A DNA stretch of 64,000 nucleotides, taken from NCBI GenBank assembly GCA_043228905.1, contig JBHGNT010000009.1, positions 21,018,001-21,082,000 of the forward strand. The letters run 5' to 3'. Positions 13,447 to 25,494 of this stretch are shown in pieces. Numbering within the stretch: the stretch's first letter is position 1; every line of letters begins with the position of its first letter. Source of the DNA: Azolla caroliniana (Eukaryota; Plantae; Polypodiophyta). The position numbers and the translations under genes are program-made. The notes below the pieces were generated by a model that was given only the letters and a program-made list of their open reading frames with translations, was not told the origin of the DNA and ran no database searches.

Positions 13447-13878
13447 GAACAGTACTGAGACAGAGAAGGAATTAGTACTAAACGAAGGATTAGTACTATG
13501 AGAGGTGTGGAACTTCTTCGAGAGAAGGAAGAAGTGAGCGAGACAGAGAGAAAGAGAGAGAGAGAGAGAGAGAGTGAGAGTGATGATAAGAAAGATATTT
13601 ATTATATGAAGAGAATATACAACGGTGGCTAAAAGGCTTAAGACTGGCGTTGAACCAATTTGGTTCAACATAATGCCTAGTGCCCTCTTTTATAGTGTTT
13701 TCAGGAGTAATCCTGAAGCTTCTAGAATGTTCCAGAGAAATCTGGAATATACACTAATTTCCTATAATAAAATGTAAATGAAAATAATATCCTACGTATT
13801 ACAATAGATGGTCTAATGGTCAAGAGCTCGACCCATATAACCTAAGGTCATGGGTTCGAGTCATGCCATATCATGACA
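13441..13878 (-). mobile_element. 3' LTR of a chromovirus-type Gypsy
   Basis: TGTCATGA...TCATGACA ends. PPT AAAAGGGGGATAG immediately upstream on the minus strand. TATA CTATAAAAAG at about 13686-13695. Confidence 0.8.
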
Positions 13879-14565
13879 CTATCCCCCCTTTAAAACGACG
13901 AGTGTCACGGGTCGTCTTTGATTGAGGACCCGGTTTGTGTGGATATTGACGATGGAAGTCTTCAAGAAGAGCACGAGCATTGGTTACATTCTCGTTAAAA
14001 CGACGAGTGTCACGGGTCGTCTTTGATTGAGGACCCGGTTTGTGTGGATATTGACGATGGAAGTCTTCAAGAAGAGCACGAGCATTGGTTACATTCTCGA
14101 TCGGTTCCCAAGTACGTTCGCTGGGACTATAGCCTAGCCAATCGACTAGATAGTAGAGCTTGTTGCGAACAATCTTGGAATCAAGAATGGCGGCAACCTC
14201 GTACTCCGGCCCATCTTCAAGCTCGATTGGGGGTGGAGGTTGGATAAGACGTTCTGGGATGGTGCTCTCGTGGTAGGGTTCGAAGAGAGAACTATGAAAC
14301 ACCGGATGTATCCGAAGTTGAGGAGGTAGATCGAGACGAAAAGCAACATCATTAATCTTTCCAATAATACGGAAAGGACCTAATCGCCGATAATCCAACT
14401 TCTCACATGGGCGAGTAGTCTTGATGTGTCGTCGTAGCAACCACACCCGATCTCCAATATTAAAACTAGATGGAAGTCGATGACCTAATCGCCGATAATC
14501 CAACTTCTCACATGGGCGAGTAGTCTTGATGTGTCGTCGTAGCAACCACACCCGATCTCCAATAA
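13879..14565 (-). mobile_element. Chromovirus integrase C-terminus (SH3/GPY-F motif plus chromodomain) fragment
   Basis: KLDYRRLGPFRI..IHPVFHSSL and EYEVAAILDS..YYLVDWLGY..TWEP. Two internal tandem duplications of about 100 bp. Confidence 0.88.
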
Positions 14566-17500
14566 TCGTGGGATTCACGAAAATAATATAATCTATACTT
14601 GTGGGATTCACAAGTTTCTTATATCTTTCTTTCAATCTAAATACATATTCTTATCTAAATATTGATTAATCGAATACAATACACTCGTGGGATTCACGAA
14701 ATTTCTATCTCTCTTTCTAATAATCTATTCATTACTAGCCTCATCTCATATTCTTCTTTCTCCTAGTCCAAAACCTCAGTGGTTCCCACCTGACTCACGC
14801 AACGATCCGGCGCCGAAAGGCACGACACCGCCTTGTGGCTAAGAAGCCACCACCAAGCCTTAATTTTTTCTAGCATATCCAATGCCCATAGTCTCCTCGA
14901 AAACAACTTTAAATCGTCGTCTGAAATGCCTTTATCCTTCCAGCTGTTGCGAATCATTCTAGCATCCACGATTTTGGAGCCAACGATTCTTCTTCCTAGC
15001 TTGGTATTGTATTCAAAAAACTTTTTCAAGTTTTTTGTTCCTGGTGTCTACCACCAAACCTCCAATGGGTCCCACTCCAAATCATATAAGGGCTTATTAT
15101 CGTAAAGCCATATTTTACAATCATGATCCAGTGTCTTAGGGTTTGGGTTCAATTGCCACCACTTACCCTCCAACATTGTCACCCGCACTGCCATCCACCT
15201 ACCATCATCTGTCAAAGAACTTCGGTTACCCCACAAACGATCCTCGCTAGTTGAGCACCTACCACAGATAAGTTGTGCGTCGCCCTCACCTACAAACCAG
15301 CCCGACCAAACTGTCTCTTCCGCAGTCAACTTATCCAATCCATCAACAACCCCATCTATCAGTTGGGTTACCTTCGCTAGTCTTCCAGTAATCCTACAAT
15401 TAACAATCTGACCTGTCCGCCTCTTCATGCTGAAAACCTCCCAATCGTGTACCGACCGAATCTTGTACCCTAGCATCTTCCCCCAAGGCAAGTACTTTTG
15501 TTGTCCAAGCATCTTACCATCTTCACTTCTAATCCTAGGGTTCCAAAACAATGGTTGTCGTAGCTGTTCATCCAGTGTTTTCGGTTGCATTAAGACTAAC
15601 CCTTCTCTTAAACTTGACCATGCCTTCATTATGGCGTGAACCACTCTATCCTCCATGCTAGCCGATTCTTTCAACTTTAGAGCTGGGCTGAACAACCACC
15701 ATGTATTTGCCTGCCAAGGACCACCATTCCTGGGACACCAAAGGTAAACTCTATTCCTAAGGAGCACCTTCCACAATTCTGGTCCGGGTTGCAAATTTCG
15801 CACTAAAAGCTTACCAAGTAGAGCCTTACTTTGGTGAACCGGATCCACCAGTCCAAGTCCTCCCTCATTCTTTGTCTTAACTAAACAACCCCACGCCACT
15901 TTAGCTGATGCCTTTTCATTGTCTCTACCTGACCACAAGAAGCCTCTCACCATTGCCTTAATATTTTTTATGCAGGCTTTGTCTAACATCCAACATGCCA
16001 ATGAATGCCACATGATGGCCAGCAAAATATGGTTCACCACCACAACCCTACTAGCAAGGGAGAGCTTTACTGATGCCCACAACCGAAGCTTTTTTCTAAT
16101 TTTGTCTTTGACCTGCTCAAGTTGCTAATTTTTTGGTGTCTCAACTCCCACCAAAAAGCCCAAATACTTAACAGCCATGCCATTGGGGACCCATTGAAAA
16201 TCAACGTTGGGACACCATAACGGTCGTGGGTTTGAACTTACCCAGAATCCTCTACTTTTGTTCCAGTTAATTTCCCCCCCCTGATGCATTGCAAAAACAC
16301 TCAATCCGTCCTTTCACCTTCTGTAAATTAGTATCATTCCCTTGCAAGTAAAGCATAGTGTCGTCTGCATACTCAGAGTCCAGCAACTCCTTACTCGCAT
16401 GTGGGATAGCTAAACCTCTTATTCCTGCATCTGATCTGTTCAAAAAGAAAGAGAATGCTTCTGTAATAAATAAAAAAAGATAGGGGGCCAGCGGGCACCC
16501 CTGTCTAACAGACCTATGTGATGGAATCGATGGGCCACGATGCCCTATCAATAACACCCTACTCGAACTTCCTTTGTAAAGGGCTAGCGCAGCTGATCGC
16601 CATTTTAAAGGTAGACCCAACCTTTCCATGACTCTATCTAAAAAAGGCCACTAAACTCTGTCATATGCCTTCTCAAAGTCAAGCATGAGACAGGCAATGT
16701 GCTGATTGGTTTTCTTTGCCAAGGCAATCGCCTCCCAAAATGTCAGCACATTATCAATTATGTATTTGTTTTCCATGAACCTTGTTTGTCCAACATGGAT
16801 TAGTTCCTGCAGGTAGGGTTTTACCCTCTTGGCTAGTATATTAGCAAATATCTTATATATTGTGTTTAGTAGCGTGATTGATCTCCATTGCCTTGCATCA
16901 GTTGTTACACCATGGCAAAAAACTTTTTGAGGATGTGGAGGTGAGTAGAAACATAAGGCGTATGTGGGAAAGCAATTCGGTTGGATGTGGCGCACTTGAT
17001 AAACTTCGAGGGAAGATTATCGAAACGTCAACCTATCTCCATAAGGCGACGAAAAGTAGAATTACGAGGTCTAAGGAGGAAGAAATGTGTTTAAGGAGAT
17101 CAATAACGGCTGCCTAAAGGCTACTACAGAAATATCCCCGATGCCAATGGTCTAGGGCAGGCCTCGAGGTTGCCAAAGAAACGTTGCAATGCTTGATTGC
17201 ATCCAGAAATACGATGTTATTTAGGAGTTCGGTTGCATGGTGGAGCAAAAATGGGGATAAGGTGAATAAACAATTTTTCATGCATAAACAACCTAGAACA
17301 AACTATAGCTACAATCCGAAGCTGGTTAAGGAAGATGGCTCTATCTCGGAGGATATTTCAAAGATCTTGGAGGCGGTCCCCTCACACTATCATGAGTTGC
17401 TTTCGAATAGTTACAATAGCCCTGAACAACCTACTATGATAGAATATGTGCTTGAGGGAATGCAACATAAAATTTCAGATGCGGCACAAGCTAATTTGGT

Positions 17501-18076
17501 GAGGCCTCTCTTGGAGGAGGAGGTGGTTGATGCTTTGGCAAGTATTTGTAGAACGTCCTGCCCAGGCTCCGATGGGTTATCAAGAGATTTTTTAGAAATT
17601 TTTTGGGACGTAATCAAGGCAGATTTGGTTGATGGGCTAAAGGAGGCATGGGATGTTGGGTACTTACCTAAGCAATTTCAAGAGGGGATGATATTTCTAA
17701 TTCCTAAGGGAATTCTCACATATTACATTGTGTGTGAAGAAGATCATCAATACTATTTTCACGACATATCATAAAGAAAAATGGAACATTACATACGGTT
17801 TAGGGAGATGTCTAGCAGAGACGGAAAAATGATACATATAGATGATGAATAAATGGCTTCTTAAAGTATTCTTCATAGTCCACACATTCATCTATTCCTA
17901 AGATTTCGTATGTTCAAGACTTAGAGTGAAACCTTACTTTATTTTCCAATGATTTGTGATCAGACAAATCCAATAATTTTGCAAGGCCAATAATTGTTTA
18001 GGAGTAGTCATCTTTATGGCCAAATTTTTGTATGTATGCGTGATTATATGAAACCCATATGGTTATGGTGGGAAGT

Positions 18077-18508
18077 TGTTGTAAAGAGTTATGTATGCAG
18101 AAGCTTATGACCAAGACAATTAGCTCAGTTACAGTTAGGTAAAACACAGAGAAAACAAAAATACATTACGTGGGAGCGGGAGAGACCGAGAGATCAAAAG
18201 ACAAAAGTCAATTCAAAATAGTGACACTATGTACATCAAAATGTGCTCTCTAAGCACTCTTTATACAAGTCTTTAAAGGACTGACAAAAATATTGACAGG
18301 TACTTCAATGCTCATAAATTAGCTACTGACATTGACTCCTAAAATATTCCTAATACTAAGACTAGGAATATAGGCCTTAACAACCCGTCAGCCTATCCTT
18401 AGGGATCCATCTATCGGTTTTTTCAGCTAACTCAACTGTCGGCTTTTTCAGTTGTTCGGCCTACCAACCTTTAGCCAATCCGGCTCATGTTGAGCTTGTC
18501 TCTCAATA
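18077..18508 (-). mobile_element. Probable solo LTR
   Basis: Minus-strand ends TATTGAGAGACAAGCTCAAC and CTTTACAACA resemble the element at 62946-63327. No matching TSD. Confidence 0.45.
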
Positions 18509-20044
18509 GTTTGTCAATCTTATGTTATTGTTTTCCTTTTCTCATGGTTTAGATCATAAAACATCCATATCACTTTTTTTGTGTCAAATTAGCCAACAAG
18601 TTATAGAATGTTCAATCATGTGGGTATTAATTCAATGTCCATGATGTATTTTTGTCTATTGAGTTATATAGAATGCCAATGATCGAGTTCTGGGGCTACT
18701 TTTGGTTACTTGTGCCACACCGTAAACAACATGATATCATATACGAAAGGTGACATTCACCTATGCATTCAACTCTTCTCCTTATGTATGCTACATGGTC
18801 TCGATAAAGTTCTAATATTTGCAACTTATGTTAAGATCATTTATGTTGTCAAACAAGTGTAAATATTTCATGAAATATATAAGAGGTGGATCAATATTAC
18901 TAAACAAACTATGCATGAGCAATGTTTTTTATGCAATTGTGTAGATTCACATTTATCATAATTGGTGCATCGTCACTACTATGATAATTTAAAATAAGTT
19001 CTTTTAGTATATTTGAAGCTGGAAACTTTCTTCATCTATAAGTTTGTCAAGTAATTTGAACTAAGCTAGCCATGCGATAAAATACATTGCATCTATTAAT
19101 TTGTCCTACATTAAAAATGTAATTAAATCTATTGCATCTATTAATTTTATGTAGATTTGTTTATGCACATTTATTGACATCTTGGCCTTCTATACATGAA
19201 TATATTTCCCCCATAGTTATTATAATGTTCAAGCCTAAATTCCTTGAAGAGTTCCACATATTAAGGGGTCGCATACATGCCACATCACTTGTGTTTGTTG
19301 CGCTACACGTACATGTTTTATGCATGAAACCGATGCCCACCGCGGTTTGTTCTTGTATTTGACAACAAATAGCATTGTTTCCATTCCATTCCAACATTTG
19401 TAACCGTAACAAACTATCAAACCTCGAATTACAATGATAACCACCAACGACACAAAGACATTGATAATACCCACAAAGAGAAAGCCACCAACAATAAAAC
19501 CTCTTCCTCTTCCTTGTGTTTCACAACATTCAGCGATTGACTTCTCGATCTCGTTGGAAGCACCCCCACCAAACTAGAGTGACCCCCTTTTAATGACACC
19601 ATCGAAAGTAATGATGCTTAGGGTCAAGAATACACAGACAAACAAAAGGAATATATCTACATATCTAATCTTAACCCACATCACCAATCTTTCTCTAGCT
19701 TCAATACCAATCAATTGGGGTCAATATCCTACCCACTTTCCACCAAAGAGACTTCGAGATGATAGTTGCTAAAATACATCCGGTGGTCTTTAATTTTCGG
19801 AAGGGATTGTTTATGCATTAAGTGTTCCATTCTTGATTGATTAGGCATGATGTTCGAAAAGCTCACTCTCATTGGGCTAAGAGAAAAACCCCGAACTTTC
19901 TTTCGAGGGACGATTACCTTTCGATTAATTAGCGAGTGATTAGGGAGTTTAAATAAGTGAGTGATTAATTAGTGAGCTTAACTACTGCAATGTGGTGCTA
20001 ACTACTCTGTTCATATATCATTCATTCTGAGGGGAGAAGAGTTT

Positions 20045-23000
20045 ATGGAAACAGGACATAGCTTCTCCCCTCTCTGTGGCTTCTCGACTCTGTCTCCTTG
20101 GCCTCCTGAGAGAAAACTTAATTTCGTTCCTTCATTCAGATATGGATTAACTGGCGATTACCTCCTCATCCCTTCCTCTGAAAGATCGTCAAGGATGACG
20201 AAAGAAGTAAGTAAAGAGTCTCTTCCTTTTCCTTGTATGTTGTTGCCTGAACAGATCAGAGCTCAGATTAGGGAGGAATCCCATATTTCCATTGAAGATT
20301 GTGTTCTGATGATCCAAAAATGCGTGAAAGACAAATGCGTACATCATGCTACAGGTTTGTATCTCTATTTCTGTATGAATGGATTGGAAAGCCATGATAT
20401 CCTCGGAAACAAACTGATATCCATGTGGGTGGAAGTAGGAAGTATTGTAGATGCTGAGAGGTGTTTCTACAAGTCCGGATCAGTCTCTGACTCATTGTGT
20501 TGTTCGCTAGCTAATGCTTACCTGCGAATCGGGGACATGAAAAATGCATTTTTTCTGTATCACATGATGCAGGAAGATACTATGTATCAATTTCGTACCC
20601 TTATTGACTTATTAAAAGCTTGCTCTAAATTTAAAGATGTTGGAATAGGATATGAAATTCATGCTGAGATAATTGAGAAAGGTTTTATTGAAATCAATCC
20701 TTATCTTGGTAGTTCTTTGGTGGATATGTATGCCAAATGTGGTTTACTCTCGAAAGCACAGCAAGTGTTCAATTTGCTTCTTATTCGAGATGTTGTCCCA
20801 TGGACGGCATTGATTTCTGGATATGTCCAGCATAATAATGGTATAGAAGCTCTGAATTGTTTTGAGCAGATGCAGTCTGAGGGTATCACTCCAAATGATG
20901 TCACATTTACATGGATCCTGAAAGCTTGTGCTGGAAGTGGAGCCATATTGGAAGGCATAGAGATACATAATGAGATTGTCAAGAAGGATTTGTTGAGAAA
21001 TAATCAAATCCTTGGAAATGCACTGGTGGATATGTATGTGAAATGTGGAAACCTAGCAAAAGCACAGGAAGTGTTTGATGATCTTTTGGTTCGTGATGTC
21101 ATCTCCTGGACTACTCTTATTTCAGGTTATGTCAAATATGAGCACCACAGTGAGAATGCACTTAACTGTTTCAAAAACATGCAACTTGAAGGCATTCAGC
21201 CAGATGCTTTCATATTTACATGCGTTCTGAAAGCTTGTAGTAACCTTAAGGCAATTGAACAAGGCAAAGAGATACATTTTGAAATTCTTGAAAAAGGGCT
21301 GCTGAAAGGAAACCTTTTTCTTGGCAATGCGCTGGTAGACATGTATGCCAAATGTGGGTTTCTAACAAAAGCAGTTGAGGTATTCCATTATCTTCCAGCT
21401 CATGATGTCGCCTCCTGGAATGCGTTGATTTGTGCATATGTACAACATGAGTGTGCCATGGAAGCACTTAGCTGTCTTGACGATATGCAGAAAGAAGGTA
21501 TCTCACCAGATGTAATGACGTATGCTTGTGTTCTAAAAGGTTGTGGAATCATTGGTGCTATTGGTAGAGGTAATGAAATACACATTGAGATTTATAAAAA
21601 GGGTTTATTGAATACAGATCTTTTTCTTGCCAATGCATTAATTGATATGTATGCAAAATGTGGTGCGATTAGGAAATCTGAGGAGGTATTTGACAAGATA
21701 AGAATTCATGACATAGTCTCATGGAATATTCTAATTTCAGGATACGTGCAACATGAATGGAATGGAAAGGCATTGGCATGCTTTGAAAAAATGCAGCTTG
21801 AAGGGGTTTGTCCAGATGCTTTCTCATTCACGTGCAGCCTGAAAGCCTGTGGCAATATAGGAGCTACAAATGATGGAAGAAAGATACATAATGACATTGC
21901 AAAGAAGGGTTTGTTAGAAAGTAATATTGCTATTGGAAATGCATTGCTTGACATGTACGCAAAATGTGGTCTTCTCACAGAGGCACTGGAAATATTTAAA
22001 GAACTTCACATTCCTGATGTTGTCTCATGGACTGCGTTAATTTCAGGCTATGTCGATCACAAACTCTGTAAGGAAGCTTTAGATTGCTTTGACCAGATGA
22101 AACTAGAAGGCATTGCCCCAAATATCATTACATTTGCTTGCAGCTTGAGAGCATGTGGCAGCATTGGAGACATAGAAAAAGGTAGAGAAATGCATTCAGA
22201 GCTTGTTGGAAAAGGATTGCTTGAAGAGAATGATATTGTTTTGGACACCACATTGGTTGATATGTATTCCAAAATAGGTTTTTTATTAGAAGCAAAATAT
22301 GTATTTGACACTCTTGGAGTCCAAGATGTTGTTGTGTGGACCGCTCTTATTGCAGGTTATGCTGCACACGAGCAAGAAGAGGAAGCACTAAGCCATTTCA
22401 ACCAAATGCAACTTATGGGTCTTTCTCCATCTGAGTTCACATACGCTTGTATCTTAAAAGCATGTGGAAGCTTAGGAGCTGTAGACATGGGTAGAAAGAT
22501 TCATTGTGATATTGAAATGAAAGCATTGTTAGATAATAATTTTGTTGTTGGAACTGCATTGATTGATATGTATTCTAAATGTGGTTTACTTAAGGAAGCA
22601 CAGATTATATTTGATGAACTTCGAGTTCGAGATCCAATCACATGGAATTCTCTGATTACAGGATATTCTCAACTAGGAGAAACTGAAGTTGTCCTCAGTA
22701 TGCTAGAAAGAATGAGAGCAGATGGTAATGAACCTGATGCAGTGACTTTCCTATGCATCATGAATTCATGTTGTCATGCAGGCCTAGTGAAGGAGGGTGA
22801 GATGTACTTTGGGGCAATGAGAAAATGTAATGGCGTTACTCCTACCCTGGAGCATTACACATGCATGGTTGATCTCTTTGGTCGAGCAGGTCAACTAGAT
22901 AGAATGGCAACTATGATGGAGGAAACATCGTTGAACTCTAGTGTTGTGATGTGGCTGGCTGTCTTGGCTGCATGTAGGAGGTATGCTAACATCGAGATTG

Positions 23001-23095
23001 GAAGACAGGCCTTCGAACAAGTGACACAATTAGATAAGAAGGGAGCTTCTGCCTATATTTGTATGTACAATATATATGCTGATGCCGATATGTGA
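20045..23095 (+). CDS. Intronless PLS-class pentatricopeptide repeat protein with a partial E domain (organellar RNA editing factor type)
   Basis: 1016-aa ORF with repeated LVDMYAKCG / DVVSWTALISGY / TFxCILKAC triplets. The C-terminus has EHYTCMVDLFGRAG..WLAVLAACR and no DYW domain. Confidence 0.95.
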   Translation: METGHSFSPLCGFSTLSPWPPERKLNFVPSFRYGLTGDYLLIPSSERSSRMTKEVSKESLPFPCMLLPEQIRAQIREESHISIEDCVLMIQKCVKDKCVHHATGLYLYFCMNGLESHDILGNKLISMWVEVGSIVDAERCFYKSGSVSDSLCCSLANAYLRIGDMKNAFFLYHMMQEDTMYQFRTLIDLLKACSKFKDVGIGYEIHAEIIEKGFIEINPYLGSSLVDMYAKCGLLSKAQQVFNLLLIRDVVPWTALISGYVQHNNGIEALNCFEQMQSEGITPNDVTFTWILKACAGSGAILEGIEIHNEIVKKDLLRNNQILGNALVDMYVKCGNLAKAQEVFDDLLVRDVISWTTLISGYVKYEHHSENALNCFKNMQLEGIQPDAFIFTCVLKACSNLKAIEQGKEIHFEILEKGLLKGNLFLGNALVDMYAKCGFLTKAVEVFHYLPAHDVASWNALICAYVQHECAMEALSCLDDMQKEGISPDVMTYACVLKGCGIIGAIGRGNEIHIEIYKKGLLNTDLFLANALIDMYAKCGAIRKSEEVFDKIRIHDIVSWNILISGYVQHEWNGKALACFEKMQLEGVCPDAFSFTCSLKACGNIGATNDGRKIHNDIAKKGLLESNIAIGNALLDMYAKCGLLTEALEIFKELHIPDVVSWTALISGYVDHKLCKEALDCFDQMKLEGIAPNIITFACSLRACGSIGDIEKGREMHSELVGKGLLEENDIVLDTTLVDMYSKIGFLLEAKYVFDTLGVQDVVVWTALIAGYAAHEQEEEALSHFNQMQLMGLSPSEFTYACILKACGSLGAVDMGRKIHCDIEMKALLDNNFVVGTALIDMYSKCGLLKEAQIIFDELRVRDPITWNSLITGYSQLGETEVVLSMLERMRADGNEPDAVTFLCIMNSCCHAGLVKEGEMYFGAMRKCNGVTPTLEHYTCMVDLFGRAGQLDRMATMMEETSLNSSVVMWLAVLAACRRYANIEIGRQAFEQVTQLDKKGASAYICMYNIYADADM

Positions 23096-23829
23096 GAAGA
23101 AAAAGTAGTTGAAATGAACTAATGGGCCAAAGAACCAATTTGATGAAGCCACTACTCCTATTTAAGGCTGTGTATGTGTGTGCATATAATTGTAACAGAG
23201 TTGCCCATCACCAAATGCAATGTGAACATTGGCACCATTACACTTGACATGCAACTTTGATCAAGCCCTCATTCCTCTCAATTTTCAAGTCATATTTATC
23301 ACAGAACCTTCTATTAGCTCTCAGTTGCAACATAACCTTCGAGAACACTGACAACAATATGACAATCCAATCCAAAGATGGCATCTGTTTTATTCCTCAG
23401 CTGCACTTGAGAGAATGGGTTCACATCATTAGTTTTCTTGGATGGCAAAGGAAACTTTCACACTTTGCGGTACGCATAATTCTACCTGGGTTTCTATTTC
23501 TGCTGGAGAGTATTTGGGAAGATTCAGTCAGAAATAAGGATCTCAAATGTATGGATTTGCAAATGGTAGTGCTAGAGCTACAACCAAGGGAATCGCCAAT
23601 GTCATTTCGCCAATGGGGCTAACTTGATAAGGTCAACTCGTCAAAGAAGTCCCTTCAAAGATTTGCCACAAGAGTATGATGCATTTGTCATTAAGTCTTA
23701 CATATCTACACATAATCTGACTTGGCCAATGTACAAGTTTCTCATCTTAAGAGGAAGAGCAGAAACTTCAATGAATGTTACATTGGAAACTCCAAAACAT
23801 GCCTAATTAAGAAAAGTTGTGCAAAGAAA

Positions 23830-25310
23830 AGCATTGTATGATATGCATTGGTTGATATCTGTGCAATGATAACGTTCAAATATTAGATAAGGGCAGTGAG
23901 ACACATGAGCTATTGCATGAAATGGGTTCTTAAGAACGGAGTTTTTTTGTCAGTAATGCAGTAGTCAATATGTGCATAAAATGTGGGATGTTAGAAAAGC
24001 TCATGAAGTATTTGATAACCTTCCATGTCATGATGTCATCTCATGAATACTCTCATTATAGGATACAATGATGATGATCATGAATATGATGATGATGCAT
24101 TAATGTGCTTTGAAAAAATGCAACTTGAACTTGTATTGACTGATATCATTTCATTTTCTTGCATCTTAAAAGCAGGTGGAAACATTAGGGCCATATCTAA
24201 GGGCAGGGAAATATGTCATCATATTGCAACAACAGTGTTATTGAAAAAGCATCAAGACCTTGGAATCACAGTTATAAATATGTATATGTAATGTGAATTG
24301 CTTGGTAGTGCACAATAAGCGTTAGATAATCTTTCAATAAGAGCTGTTGTTACATGGACTACATTTATTGGTGTTGGTATGTTCAATATGATCACAATGG
24401 GAAAGCATTCGATCTCTTGACCGAATTAAGGTAGAGAGCATAACATTTGCTTGCGCCTTGAAAACCCGTGGCAGCATTGTAATTATTGAGAAAGGATATG
24501 AACACATGCTGGCCTTGTGAAAAAAGGTCCGTTGGACTCAGAACTGACACTTCTTAATGTATTTTTTGCCATGTATGCAAAATGTCGATTCCTATTGAAT
24601 GCAGAGGAAGTCTTTGATAATGCTTCAGTTCATGATGTTGGTGTCATGAACCTTAACTATTTTTGGATATTCTTGAGTACAGAAGCTTGGGGAGGTTATT
24701 CGCTTTTTTCATAATAGTGAGAGCCCAAGACAATATACCAGATCCAATTACATTGACCTATGTGCTTAATGTTTGCAATCATAGCGGCTTAGTTGTATAA
24801 GGGCAAATTCATTTTGAATCTATGATTGAAGAGTATGGCATTACACCAATACTTTTGCATCACACATGCCTAGGAGATCTTGTTGAGTGATTGGGTTAGT
24901 TAGAAAAAGCTTGAAATGTATCATAGAATAGGATCCCAGCACAATATGGCAAATCCAATTATATTTGTTAGTGTGTTTAATGTTTGTAATCATGGAGGTC
25001 TGGTTGATGAAGGAAACATGCAATTTTGAGGCTATGAGTAAAGATTATGGCATCACCCCTACATTCCATCATCACACATGCCTAGTAGATGTTTTTGTTT
25101 GATCAGGTCAGTTCAAAAAAGCTATAGGATCTATGGAAGAAACACCATTTATCCAAACAATGTGATGTGGCATGCAATGTTGGGTGCTTGTTAGAAGTGG
25201 GGGAATGGAGAGTTGGGAAGGCATGTATTTGAACATGCATTGGAGTTTGATGAAAAGGAGATTGGGGCTTAAATTCCATGCATAACATCTATGCCATAAG
25301 CATGCTAGAT
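23830..25310 (+). pseudogene. Degenerate PLS-PPR paralog
   Basis: Fragments ALMCFEKMQLE..SFSCILKA, MYAKCRFLLNAEEVFD and YGITPTFHHHTCLVDVF, with many stops and frameshifts. Confidence 0.85.
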
Positions 25311-25494
25311 GAGGATATGAGATAGATAAATAGATATTTTTATTAATGTCCACGGGATGGGTCAAGGTTGTAGTGGATATTATTCATTTAAGTCTACCCC
25401 TTCAATATTTGGCATCAAACTTGTTATTGACTTTCATTTCGATGACTCGAGATTAAATCTTCATGTTAAATAAAGGGGAAGATCTGTTTGAGAT

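Larger units (their letters stand above)
10971..14827. mobile_element. Composite Gypsy-derived insertion with inverted terminal repeats and a 4-bp TSD, nested in the LINE
   Basis: Starts TGTCGTGCCTTTCGG and ends CCGAAAGGCACGACA. CCGC is duplicated on both sides. Removing the insert rejoins LINE ORF2 (..SHKAV|PVGEW..). Confidence 0.85.
10103..17706 (-). mobile_element. L1-like LINE, 5'-truncated and 5'-inverted, degenerate ORF2
   Basis: Poly(T) at 10102-10111 is the poly(A) tail. 15-bp TSD AGGGAATTCTCACAT at 10088-10102 and 17707-17721. RT motifs WRSITLLNTIYKI, LDFEKAYDRV, RQGCPLAP and YADD on the minus strand; the upstream ORF2 segment (CPGSDGL..LIPKG) is on the plus strand at about 16915-17706. 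Confidence 0.92.

Noticed and set aside
13805-13872. Functional tRNA gene
   Set aside because: No convincing full cloverleaf and it lies within an LTR; reported only as a tRNA-like module.
20189-22311. Repeating antisense ORFs
   Set aside because: Shadows of the PPR repeats on the opposite strand.
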